A DNA stretch of 9,530 nucleotides from a virus (lineage: Duplodnaviria; Heunggongvirae; Uroviricota; Caudoviricetes): the IMG/VR virus record IMGVR_UViG_2778261037_000010. One strand, 5' to 3'. Of this stretch, positions 1 to 7,228 are shown one piece after another. The notes beneath the pieces are model-generated. The model saw only the letters and a program-made list of their open reading frames with translations. It did not search any database and was not told the origin of the DNA. How positions within the stretch are numbered: the first letter of the stretch is position 1; each line of letters opens with the position of its first letter. The translations under genes and the position numbers were made by a program.

Positions 1-494
1 CCGAAATATCGATAACAGACGCTCTCTAGGGCATTGGGAGGGCGATTTAGTCTCAGGTACAAAAAACTCTCATATAGCCACACTTGTAGACCGAAAATCA
101 CGTTATACGATCATCCTCAGACTCAGGGGCAAAGATTCTGTCTCAGTAAATCAGGCTCTTACCGACAAATTCCTGAGTTTACCGTCAGAACTCAGAAAAT
201 CACTGACATGGGACAGAGGAATGGAACTGGCCAGACATCTAGAATTTACTGTCAGCACCGGCGTTAAAGTTTACTTCTGCGATCCTCAGAGTCCTTGGCA
301 GCGGGGAACAAATGAGAACACAAATGGGCTAATTCGGCAGTACTTTCCTAAAAAGACATGTCTTGCCCAATATACTCAACATGAACTAGATCTGGTTGCT
401 GCTCAGCTAAACAACAGACCGAGAAAGACACTGAAGTTCAAAACACCGAAAGAGATAATTGAAAGGGGTGTTGCATTGACAGATTGAATCTACA
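1..494 (+). mobile_element. IS30 insertion sequence, right-hand portion (window begins inside the element); right terminal inverted repeat ends at 494
   Basis: Seen: frame starting at position 2 is open to the TGA at 485-487 and translates to ...GHWEGDLVSGTKNSHIATLVDRKSRYTIILRL...YFCDPQSPWQRGTNENTNGLIRQYFPKK...RPRKTLKFKTPKEIIERGVALTD, which I recognise as the C-terminal DDE region of the IS30 transposase. The last bases (483-494, ATTGAATCTACA) are the reverse complement of TGTAGATTCAAT, which I recall as the IS30 terminal inverted repeat start. Established knowledge: IS30 family organisation. Exact end is an inference. Confidence 0.85.
2..487 (+). CDS. insI: IS30 transposase, 5'-truncated by the window edge (C-terminal ~161 codons present)
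   Basis: Continuous open frame from position 2 to stop at 485-487; protein motifs as above. The ORF track splits it only because it requires a Met (34..267 is off-frame, 221..487 is an internal Met of this frame). Confidence 0.9.
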   Translation, partial: RNIDNRRSLGHWEGDLVSGTKNSHIATLVDRKSRYTIILRLRGKDSVSVNQALTDKFLSLPSELRKSLTWDRGMELARHLEFTVSTGVKVYFCDPQSPWQRGTNENTNGLIRQYFPKKTCLAQYTQHELDLVAAQLNNRPRKTLKFKTPKEIIERGVALTD

Positions 495-761
495 AGTGCC
501 TTTTTCTGTCAGCGGTTCTCCTTTCCAGCCAATGAGAACCGTCAGGCGCGCGCCCCGTGGCGGTAGCTGCAACTGACCATCTGCATCATCCAGCGTGATG
601 GTGAGCTGGTCCGCCTCAAATCCCCGGTTGTCGGTCAGTGACAGGCTCATCAGGCGCTCTGCCACGCCTGACAGCGTTTTACCCTCCGCGAGAATATCAA
701 AATCCGGCACTTTCACGTGGTCTGTGCCCTGACTGAGCAATTGCATGGTGGTGTCGGTCAT
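495..761 (-). pseudogene. D: P2 gpD-family tail protein (late control gene D), N-terminal ~89 codons only; interrupted by the IS30 insertion at 494/495
   Basis: Seen: minus-strand ATG at 761..759 preceded by GGGAGGG (5 nt spacing); translation MTDTTMQLLSQGTDHVKVPDFDILAEGKTLSGVAERLMSLSLTDNRGFEADQLTITLDDADGQLQLPPRGARLTVLIGWKG... has the motif pattern I associate with the phage gpD family. The frame then runs into IS30 sequence and stops at 438. Full gpD proteins are ~380-390 aa, so this is a fragment. Confidence 0.75.
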
Positions 762-918
762 CTGTTCCCTCCCTGTGCGGCATGGTCGCATGTGCGTGCG
801 GAGGGGGTTACTGCTTTTTGTTGTCGCCGTGGCGGGAGAACGGCGCAGGGGTGAGATTACGCGCGTGGTGGGTGATGATTGTTGCCGAATCATTTAACGG
901 ATACAAGGGGCTGAAGCT

Positions 919-2103
919 ATGAGTGAAACTCGTTTTCATGGTGCCCGTGTTACGGAAAGTACCGACCTGGTAACAGCGATTAATGATGTTGATTCCAGTG
1001 TTATCGGTATCGTGGCAACGGCAGATGATGCGGACGCGGAGCTGTTCCCGCTGAACAAGCCCACACTGCTGACCCGCGTCAATGACGTGCTGGGAAAATG
1101 CGGGACTACGGGGACGCTTTATCGTGCGCTTAAGGCTATCGCAGACCAGGTGAGCACAAAAGTGATCGTCGTTCGCGTGGCTGAACACAAAGAAGAAGGC
1201 GGTAAGACGCAGGATCAACTGGTTATCGGTGGTTCTGAATCTGACGGCAGCTATACGGGGATGTATGCGCTGCTTGTTGCAGAGCAGGATGAAAGCATCG
1301 GATACCGTCCGCGTATTCTGGCCGCGCCGGAGCTGGACACGGAGGCGGTAACAAAATCCCTGTGCGTGATTGCGGGTAAACTGCGCGCGTTTGTGTATGC
1401 CACATGTCATGGTTGTAACACGATGGCTGAGGCGATTACCTACCGCCAGAAATTCAACGAACGTGAGGTGATGCTCTTATGGCCTGACTTCATCGCCTAC
1501 AACCTGAAAAGTGGCAAAAACGAAACGTTCCCCGCGCCTGCTTATGCGTGCGGCCTTCGTGCGTACATTGACCATGAGCAGGGCTGGCACAAATCGCTGT
1601 CCAACGTTCCGGTTAAAAATGTGCTTGGGATGTCGAGGCATGTGTTCTGGTCGTTGCAGGCCGAAGACAGTGATGCCAACAGCCTCAACAACAAAGAAAT
1701 CACGACCATTATTCGTCGCAACGGGTTCCGCTTCTGGGGCAACCGCACACCGGAAACGAACGCCTACATCTTTGAGGTGTATACCCGAACCGCACAGGTG
1801 CTGGCTGATTCAATTGCGGAAGCGCAGTTTGAAACCATCGACAGTCCACTGACACCTGCGAACGTGAAGGATGTTATCAGTGCCATCAGGGCAAAACTGG
1901 ATTCACTGGTTACTGCCGGGAAACTGATTGGCGCGGAGTGCTGGTATGACATCGAGGATAACAGCACCACGAATTTACGTCAGGGGCGTGTGCGTATTCG
2001 CTACAAATATACGCCCGTTCCTCCGCTGGAAGACATGGAGCTTTACCAGTCGTTTACTGATGAATTCTTTGGTCCCGCATTTGCGGTGCTGGGAGGTGCC
2101 TGA
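919..2103 (+). CDS. FI: Contractile tail sheath protein (P2 gpFI family)
   Basis: 394-aa ORF; ATG 919 with AAGGGG 8 nt upstream. Length and C-terminal motif ...RYKYTPVPPLEDMELYQ... fit the P2 FI sheath family from memory. First gene of the conserved FI-FII-E-T-U order. Stop TGA overlaps the FII start (TGATG). Confidence 0.9.
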   Translation: MSETRFHGARVTESTDLVTAINDVDSSVIGIVATADDADAELFPLNKPTLLTRVNDVLGKCGTTGTLYRALKAIADQVSTKVIVVRVAEHKEEGGKTQDQLVIGGSESDGSYTGMYALLVAEQDESIGYRPRILAAPELDTEAVTKSLCVIAGKLRAFVYATCHGCNTMAEAITYRQKFNEREVMLLWPDFIAYNLKSGKNETFPAPAYACGLRAYIDHEQGWHKSLSNVPVKNVLGMSRHVFWSLQAEDSDANSLNNKEITTIIRRNGFRFWGNRTPETNAYIFEVYTRTAQVLADSIAEAQFETIDSPLTPANVKDVISAIRAKLDSLVTAGKLIGAECWYDIEDNSTTNLRQGRVRIRYKYTPVPPLEDMELYQSFTDEFFGPAFAVLGGA

Positions 2104-2615
2104 TGGCTGTACCAAAACATCTTCGCTTTTTTACGCTGTTTGTGGATGGTGAAAACGAAGTGGGTAAGGTGACGTCCGTCACCCTGCCTAAACTGACGCG
2201 CAAAACCGACAGCTACCGGGGTGGTGGCATGATGGGTGCGGTAAGTATTGACCTCGGCCTGGACGACTCCGCGCTTGATGCGAGCTTTGTCATGGGGGGC
2301 GCAGTTCGTGAGCTGTTCCTGAAGTATGGCGGCACGATTGACGGCACGCTACTGCGTTTTGCGGGGGAATACTACACCGATGATGAAAGCGACCTGTATG
2401 AAGTCGAAATGCGCGGACGTGTGACGGAAATTGATATGGGGGAAGCCAAACAGGGCGAAGCCACATCACACACTTACGCCATTAAAAACACCTACTACAA
2501 GCTGAGTGTTAACGATCGCCCGTTGTGGGAGATTGACCTGCTGAACTTCATTTACCGGAAGGACGGCAAGGACATTGTGCCCGATCGCATCCGTTCCGCG
2601 CTTGGGCTTGGCTGA
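2103..2615 (+). CDS. FII: Tail tube protein (P2 gpFII family)
   Basis: 170-aa ORF starting in the TGATG overlap with FI; GGGAGG 6 nt upstream; size and position directly after the sheath gene match P2 FII (about 170 aa). Confidence 0.9.
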   Translation: MAVPKHLRFFTLFVDGENEVGKVTSVTLPKLTRKTDSYRGGGMMGAVSIDLGLDDSALDASFVMGGAVRELFLKYGGTIDGTLLRFAGEYYTDDESDLYEVEMRGRVTEIDMGEAKQGEATSHTYAIKNTYYKLSVNDRPLWEIDLLNFIYRKDGKDIVPDRIRSALGLG

Positions 2616-2627
2616 TAAGTAATATGC

Positions 2628-2648
2628 AGGCGGCGCAGTGCGTCGCCT
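2628..2648 (+). other. GC-rich intercistronic hairpin between FII and E (9-bp stem AGGCGGCGC / GCGTCGCCT with one G-U pair, 3-nt loop), no U-tract
   Basis: Seen directly in sequence; function (partial attenuator or mRNA stability element) is inference. Confidence 0.4.
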
Positions 2649-2669
2649 CTGACTGAAAGGAGTTTCCTG

Positions 2670-3035
2670 ATGAAAGAGACGAAAAACATCGATACCGAAA
2701 ACACGGTAGTTACTGACACTGTGAAAGAAACCAGTGAGCGTGGTGTAAAACTTACCCAACCAATTGAGCGAGGCGGCGAAAAAATCACGTATGTGGAGAT
2801 CACCGGGGCTATTGAGCAGGCTGGATCTCTGCGAGATTTGTCGCTGTCTGATGTGCTGAATCTGAAAGCGGAATCCATGTTTACGCTGCTGTCACGCGTG
2901 ACATCACCGCGACTGGATGAAGTGACGATCAAAAAAATGGCATCCCGTGACTTTATTCAGTTATGTGTGGTTGCCGTAAATTTTTTGAGCGGTGCGGACT
3001 CTGGCGGGAAGAACGAACAGGCGACGGAAGCCTGA
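2670..3035 (+). CDS. E: Tail assembly chaperone gpE (zero-frame product)
   Basis: 121-aa ORF, ATG 2670 with GAAAGGAG 8 nt upstream; located between tube and tape measure genes as in P2; contains the slippery heptamer near its 3' end. Confidence 0.85.
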   Translation: MKETKNIDTENTVVTDTVKETSERGVKLTQPIERGGEKITYVEITGAIEQAGSLRDLSLSDVLNLKAESMFTLLSRVTSPRLDEVTIKKMASRDFIQLCVVAVNFLSGADSGGKNEQATEA

Positions 3036-3199
3036 TCACGGTTGTGTGCTTTGAGCACATAGAAGACTTTGTGGCAGATATTGCCGTTATTTTTAACTGG
3101 TCGCCCGCCGAAATCTTCATGATGACGCCCGGCGAAGTGGTTAGCTGGCGTGAGCGGGCGGCACTTCGCAGCGGGAATGCAGACAATGAAGACTCTTGA
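2670..3199 (+). CDS. E+E': gpE+E' fusion produced by programmed -1 translational frameshift at 2981-2987 (frame of E to 2987, then -1 frame to stop at 3197-3199)
   Basis: Seen: T TTT TTG heptamer at 2981-2987 in the E frame; the -1 frame is open from there to 3199 (ORF-track protein ...FFERCGLWREERTGDGS...). Established knowledge: P2 and relatives make E and E+E' through a -1 shift on a TTTTTTG site, analogous to lambda G/GT. Confidence 0.7.
2981..2987 (+). promoter_or_regulatory. -1 ribosomal frameshift slippery site TTTTTTG
   Basis: Exact heptamer in the correct codon phase (T TTT TTG) for tandem tRNA slippage; downstream -1 frame open for ~70 codons. Confidence 0.7.
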
Positions 3200-5276
3200 T
3201 ATCCGGGTCGCTTTCAGCGCCGTTGACAGGCTGACCCGACCTGCCGAAAACGCACGCCGCCTGATGGGGCAGTTTGGTGACTCCATCCAGCGAACGCAGG
3301 GGGCGATCAAAAATCTCGAGCGTCAGGCGCGATCATTTGAGCGCGCCCGCGACGCTGTCAGTAAAGCGGATGCTGGCATCGTGAAAGCACGACGCCAGCT
3401 TAACGCCCTTAATCAGTTACAACGCACGGGTACAGTGCTCAGCGAAAAACAACAAAAGCTGATGCAGCAGTTAAGCACCCGGCTTGAACGCCTGAATGAA
3501 TCGCGCACACGGGAAATTCAGAAAATGAGGGAACTTGGCGGAGAGCTGAAACGCCACGGCATTTCCCTGACAGGCAGCGATAACACCATTCAGCAGGCCA
3601 TCAGACGCACCGAACAATACAACAACCAGCTTGAACGCGAACGGCAGGCGCTTGCGCGTGTAACGCAGGCGCGTGAGCGGTATTCGCACGCGCAGGAAAC
3701 CGCGGGAAAACTGAAAACAGGTGGTGCGCTGGCAATTGGTGCGGCAGCGGCGGGCGGCTATGCTGCCGGGCGTTTTTTGCAGCCTGCGATCGGGTTCGGC
3801 AAAGAGATGTCCCGCGTTCAGGCACTGACGCGAATCGACAAAAACAGCCCGCAGTTTAAGGCGCTGCGTGAGCAGGCGTTAAAACTTGCTGAAACACAGT
3901 TTACTGCGAGTGATGCCGCCAGTGGGCAGAGCTTTCTGGCAATGGCTGGTTTTACTCCGCAGGCCATTCAGGCCGCATTGCCCGGTGTTCTTAATATGGC
4001 GCTGGCAGGTGGCGTCGAACTCGGCGAGACGGCTGATATAGGCTCCAATATCCTCACACAGTTCAACCTGACAGCCGATCAAATGGACCGGGTGGGCGAT
4101 ACGCTGACAGCAGCATTTACCCGGACCAATACTGATTTACGCGCGCTGGGCGAAACCATGAAGTATACCGGTCCGGTTGCCGCAAAACTTGGTATCAGTC
4201 TTGAAGAAGCGGCGGCCATGGCCGGGATGCTTGCCAATAATGGTCTTCGCGGAAGCGATGCTGGCACGGCCATGCGCGCAAGTCTGTCCCGCCTTGCATC
4301 ACCGCCAAAAGCTGCGGCTGATGCACTGAAAGAGCTGGGGGTGTCAGTTGCTGACGCCAGAGGCAAAATGCGCCCGATGGAGGATGTGCTGCTTGATCTC
4401 TATAAGGCGACACAAAAATACGGACAGGTGGACCAGGTCTCCTTCTTCAAGGACATCGCCGGAGAAGAGGCGTTCGTTGGTTTGCAGACGCTTGTTGCGG
4501 CGGCTGGTTCAGGAGAGCTGCAAAAACTGACCAGAGAATTGCAGGGGGCAAGGGGAGAGGCCGATCGCGTCGCAAAAGTAATGGCTGATAATCTTGATGG
4601 GGACCTGAAAAATCTCGACAGCGCATGGGAAGGTCTTCGTATTCGCATCAGTGATCTGGTTGACGGTCCGCTGCGTTCTGTCACGCAGTGGCTCACGCGG
4701 GTGCTTGAAAAAATCACCTCGCTGGCGCAGGCCCATCCGGTACTGACGCGCCAGCTACTGATAGCAGGCGGTGCGTTGCTGGCAATGACTGCAACGATTG
4801 GCTCGTTGTCGCTGGTTATTGGGGTGCTTTACGGGAAGCTGGCCACCCTGCGTCTTGGTTTTGACATTCTTACCCGGTCAATGAATGTCGTCAGGGTGTT
4901 ACCTGCGCTATGGGGAATGGTGACGGGTTCCGTTTCTTTACTGGGAGGCGTTATCGGGGCGTTGTTCAGTCCGGTTGGTCTTATCGTGGCTGCGCTTGCC
5001 GGAGCTGCCGTTCTTATCTGGAAATACTGGGATCCTATCAGGGCTTTCTTTGCCGGGGTGTTCAGCGGGATTATGGAAAGGCTGACCCCGTTGCGCGACA
5101 CCTTTGAACGGTTTGGCCCTGTTTTTGACGTAATCGGAAGCGGTTCAGCCAGGTGTTTAACTGGTTTAAATCGCTGCTGTCACCGATGGAGTCCAGCAAG
5201 GAAACGCTGGATAAATGTACCAGTGCTGGCGAGGTATTCGGTAACGTTCTTGGTGGTGCGTTACAGCTTGTTCTGA
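3186..5276 (+). CDS. T: Tail tape measure protein gpT, upstream reading frame (frame is lost near 5144; see findings). Start uncertain: ATG 3186 preferred, alternatives ATG 3177 and GTG 3150
   Basis: Long ORF directly after E/E'; coiled-coil-like N-terminal half rich in Q/R/E/L/A, Gly/Ala-rich and hydrophobic stretches (…LLIAGGALLAMTATIGSLSLVIGVLYG…) typical of tape measure proteins. Start 3186 overlaps the end of E'. Confidence 0.85.
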   Translation: MKTLDIRVAFSAVDRLTRPAENARRLMGQFGDSIQRTQGAIKNLERQARSFERARDAVSKADAGIVKARRQLNALNQLQRTGTVLSEKQQKLMQQLSTRLERLNESRTREIQKMRELGGELKRHGISLTGSDNTIQQAIRRTEQYNNQLERERQALARVTQARERYSHAQETAGKLKTGGALAIGAAAAGGYAAGRFLQPAIGFGKEMSRVQALTRIDKNSPQFKALREQALKLAETQFTASDAASGQSFLAMAGFTPQAIQAALPGVLNMALAGGVELGETADIGSNILTQFNLTADQMDRVGDTLTAAFTRTNTDLRALGETMKYTGPVAAKLGISLEEAAAMAGMLANNGLRGSDAGTAMRASLSRLASPPKAAADALKELGVSVADARGKMRPMEDVLLDLYKATQKYGQVDQVSFFKDIAGEEAFVGLQTLVAAAGSGELQKLTRELQGARGEADRVAKVMADNLDGDLKNLDSAWEGLRIRISDLVDGPLRSVTQWLTRVLEKITSLAQAHPVLTRQLLIAGGALLAMTATIGSLSLVIGVLYGKLATLRLGFDILTRSMNVVRVLPALWGMVTGSVSLLGGVIGALFSPVGLIVAALAGAAVLIWKYWDPIRAFFAGVFSGIMERLTPLRDTFERFGPVFDVIGSGSARCLTGLNRCCHRWSPARKRWINVPVLARYSVTFLVVRYSLF

Positions 5277-5989
5277 CGCCTGCAAAAATGTTGCTGGATA
5301 CGCTGGCGTGGATACTTGAAAAACTCGGTGTGCTTCCGGATGAAGCGGAAAGGGCGCGCAAGAAAATCGAAGACGCACAACGTGCGGCCATTCTTCAGGA
5401 CAAGGTTGCTCTGTTTCAGGGAGACATTGCGAAAATCAATCCGCCGAAGTCTGCGGGAAATAGCAATGGCACCGGAGATGATAAACCCAAAGACAACAAA
5501 CCTCTCACAGACAGCAATACCGGCACGCTACGCAGACTCAGCAAAATTGCTGATAACACAGGTAAGCTGGTTGATGAGACAAAAAAACGCATTGGCCCCG
5601 GCGATATTGTCTTTAAGAACCTGCCCCGCGCACTTGCTGTTCGTGGGGAGTGGCAGGAGCGGAAGATTGCGCAGGTCAGTAAGCCTGCCCCCGCAATTAA
5701 TATCACACCCGTGGTCCCGGCTCCGCTGCCTCCGGCGCTGGTCCCTGTTGTTGCGGCCAGCTCCCGCCCGGTGGTGGAGGCCATACGATCGCCAGTGGCA
5801 TCAGTTCCTGCAACTTCCCGTAACCGGGAGCCTGTTGCCTCCGGATTTGGCGGTGAAATTCATGTTCATCTGCATAACGTTGTTACGCAGAATCCCCGCG
5901 AACTGGCGAAACTGGTCGGCGAAATGGTCAGGGCAGAAATGGAACGGCGCGCCCGTGCCAGGCGTGGCAGTTTTTACGATAAAGATTGA
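5153..5989 (+). CDS. T: Tail tape measure protein gpT, downstream reading frame (C-terminal ~280 codons, in the -1 frame relative to the upstream part)
   Basis: Frame open from 5129 to TGA 5987-5989; translation ...FSQVFNWFKSLLSPMESSKETL...GGEIHVHLHNVVTQNPRELAKLVGEMV... continues tape-measure-like sequence and ends immediately before U, as expected for the 3' end of T. Confidence 0.8.
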   Translation: MFNWFKSLLSPMESSKETLDKCTSAGEVFGNVLGGALQLVLTPAKMLLDTLAWILEKLGVLPDEAERARKKIEDAQRAAILQDKVALFQGDIAKINPPKSAGNSNGTGDDKPKDNKPLTDSNTGTLRRLSKIADNTGKLVDETKKRIGPGDIVFKNLPRALAVRGEWQERKIAQVSKPAPAINITPVVPAPLPPALVPVVAASSRPVVEAIRSPVASVPATSRNREPVASGFGGEIHVHLHNVVTQNPRELAKLVGEMVRAEMERRARARRGSFYDKD

Positions 5990-5995
5990 GGAGTC

Positions 5996-6490
5996 ATGGC
6001 CATGATGATGATCTACGGCATGTTTGTTTTTGAGCTGCGCACGTTGCCGCATCAGCAGTTACAGCAAAACAAAAGCTGGCGACATGTGAAAAATGAACGC
6101 GTTAACCGTTCAGCAAGCTGGCAGTATATCGGTGCAGGTGATGATCGCATCGTTCTTTCTGGTGTTCTTTATCCTGAGATTACTGGTGGCGAAGTGTCGC
6201 TGTCGTTGTTGACCACGCAGGCATATACAGGACGTCCTTGGCCTTTGATTGATGGCGTCGGGCAGATTTACGGCATGTATGTCCTGACCGGAACGAATAC
6301 GACCCGCTCCGAGTTTGATCGCTACGGTAAGGCGAAAAAGATAGAATTTTCACTGACTCTTGAACGCTGTGATGAGGATTTGCGGGAGCGCCTGCAATCC
6401 TCATCGTTCAGCGATATGCTGTCCGGCTTCAAAGATAAGGTGACATCATCCCTTAATAGCGCGGCCAGCTCAGTTAAGGGGCTGCTCTGA
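5996..6490 (+). CDS. U: Tail protein gpU (P2 U family)
   Basis: 164-aa ORF following T; N-terminus MAMMMIYGMFVFELRT... and ...YPEITGG...WPLIDG... motifs fit the P2 gpU family as I recall it. GAGGAG at 5988-5993 favours the ATG at 6002 (8 nt spacing) over 5996, so the true start may be 6002. Confidence 0.85.
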   Translation: MAMMMIYGMFVFELRTLPHQQLQQNKSWRHVKNERVNRSASWQYIGAGDDRIVLSGVLYPEITGGEVSLSLLTTQAYTGRPWPLIDGVGQIYGMYVLTGTNTTRSEFDRYGKAKKIEFSLTLERCDEDLRERLQSSSFSDMLSGFKDKVTSSLNSAASSVKGLL

Positions 6491-6566
6491 TTTAACGTAT
6501 GTCGCCAATTTCCTGATGAAGGTGACTGGCGACTTGCTGTTGTATGTCCTTCTCAGAAAATTGTTT

Positions 6567-6595
6567 TTGAATAACAAATAACAGGATTTTATAAT
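6567..6595 (+). promoter_or_regulatory. Putative sigma70 promoter for the acetyltransferase moron: TTGAAT (6567-6572), 17-nt spacer, TATAAT (6590-6595)
   Basis: Seen: near-consensus -35 and perfect -10 hexamers with 17-bp spacing, ~50 bp upstream of the moron start codon in an AT-rich region. Prediction only. Confidence 0.5.
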
Positions 6596-6646
6596 CTCTT
6601 AACCTTATAACATGTGTGGTCTGAAATAATAATTAAGGAGATTATC

Positions 6647-7219
6647 GTGCTATCTTACTTAATGGCAATTCACTTTGTTTTATTTGGAAACTCTACTAAT
6701 TTAAAAAACTTCTGGAAACATGAAGTAATTCGGCGGAAACGTATGGATATCTGGAGGCTTTTAAGAGAGAAAAAGCAGCGTAACCGGAATTTCCTTTTCT
6801 GGTGGCGGTTGGCTAACGAAATGTATATTAATGGTAATAAATTACATAAGAAAGCAGCCAAAAAGTTAAACAGTAAAATAATTAACAAGTTTGGTTGTGA
6901 AATAGGATTGGGCGCAAATATTGGAAAAGGGTTGACAATTCCCCATCATGCTGGAATTGTTGTTCATTTTGCTGTTGATGCGGGTGAAAATCTGGTATTA
7001 CGACAGAATACTACCATTGGACAGATAGATGGTGATATGCCTAGTTCAAGAGTAAAAATTGGTAGTAACGTTGATATCGGAGCTAATTGTTGCATCATTG
7101 GATTATCACGTAAAATTGGGGATAATGTAAAAATAGGTGCAATGTCTTTTATAAATAAAGATATACCATCAAACTGCACATATATAACTAAAAAGAGTGG
7201 TGTTGTATTGTATAAATAG
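6647..7219 (+). CDS. Hexapeptide-repeat (left-handed beta-helix) acetyltransferase, serine acetyltransferase-like CysE/WcaB/NeuO family; AT-rich moron
   Basis: Seen: GTG 6647 with AAGGAG 6 nt upstream (the ORF track starts at an upstream GTG 6614; ATG 6662 is a further alternative). Protein has imperfect hexapeptide repeats (GCEIGLGANIGKGLTIPHHAGIVV, VKIGSNVDIGANCCIIG, IGDNVKIGAMSFINKD) after a basic N-terminal region, the pattern of CysE/WcaB-type O-acetyltransferases. Composition is clearly more AT-rich than the flanking tail genes. Confidence 0.75.
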   Translation: MLSYLMAIHFVLFGNSTNLKNFWKHEVIRRKRMDIWRLLREKKQRNRNFLFWWRLANEMYINGNKLHKKAAKKLNSKIINKFGCEIGLGANIGKGLTIPHHAGIVVHFAVDAGENLVLRQNTTIGQIDGDMPSSRVKIGSNVDIGANCCIIGLSRKIGDNVKIGAMSFINKDIPSNCTYITKKSGVVLYK

Positions 7220-7228
7220 AGTACATAA

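Noticed and set aside
438-893. 151-aa minus-strand ORF from the ORF track
   Set aside because: Not an independent gene. It is the gpD N-terminus (real start at 761) read on into the IS30 end; the upstream extension to 893 has no RBS and overlaps the FI promoter region.
762-918. Search for a P2 Ogr-type late promoter element (TGT-N12-ACA dyad) upstream of FI
   Set aside because: No TGT/ACA pair with 12-bp spacing is present in the 157-bp divergent region. There is a CCCTCC...GGAGGG dyad (767-806) that forms part of the D ribosome-binding region on the other strand, but I cannot assign a promoter from sequence alone.
808-1410. 200-aa minus-strand ORF overlapping the start of FI
   Set aside because: Lies antisense to the well-supported sheath gene, has no recognisable family features and ends just inside the FI upstream region; most likely a chance antisense ORF.
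1511-1852. 113-aa plus-strand ORF in an alternative frame inside FI (and similar ORFs 1542..1748, 1764..1970, 1928..2152)
   Set aside because: Fully embedded in the sheath gene in other frames or on the antisense strand; Arg/Cys-rich low-complexity translation typical of off-frame reading of GC-balanced coding DNA.
5316-6005. 229-aa plus-strand ORF overlapping the 3' end of T, and minus-strand ORFs 5416..5784 and 5071..5391
   Set aside because: Alternative-frame or antisense ORFs within the tape measure gene; Arg/Ser/Pro-rich translations without family features.
891-6499. 8-9 bp direct repeat ATTTAACG at 893-899 and 6490-6497 near the two putative inversion boundaries
   Set aside because: It is in direct rather than inverted orientation and is short enough to occur by chance between two ~150-bp regions; not evidence for a recombination site.
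6516-6581. 21-codon ORF (MKVTGDLLLYVLLRKLFLNNK) and a 7-bp stem (GTCGCCA/TGGCGAC, 19-nt loop) just downstream of U
   Set aside because: Too short and lacking an RBS to call a gene; the hairpin has a long loop and no U-tract, so it is not a convincing terminator. It may be a remnant at the putative inversion breakpoint, but that is not demonstrable from this window.
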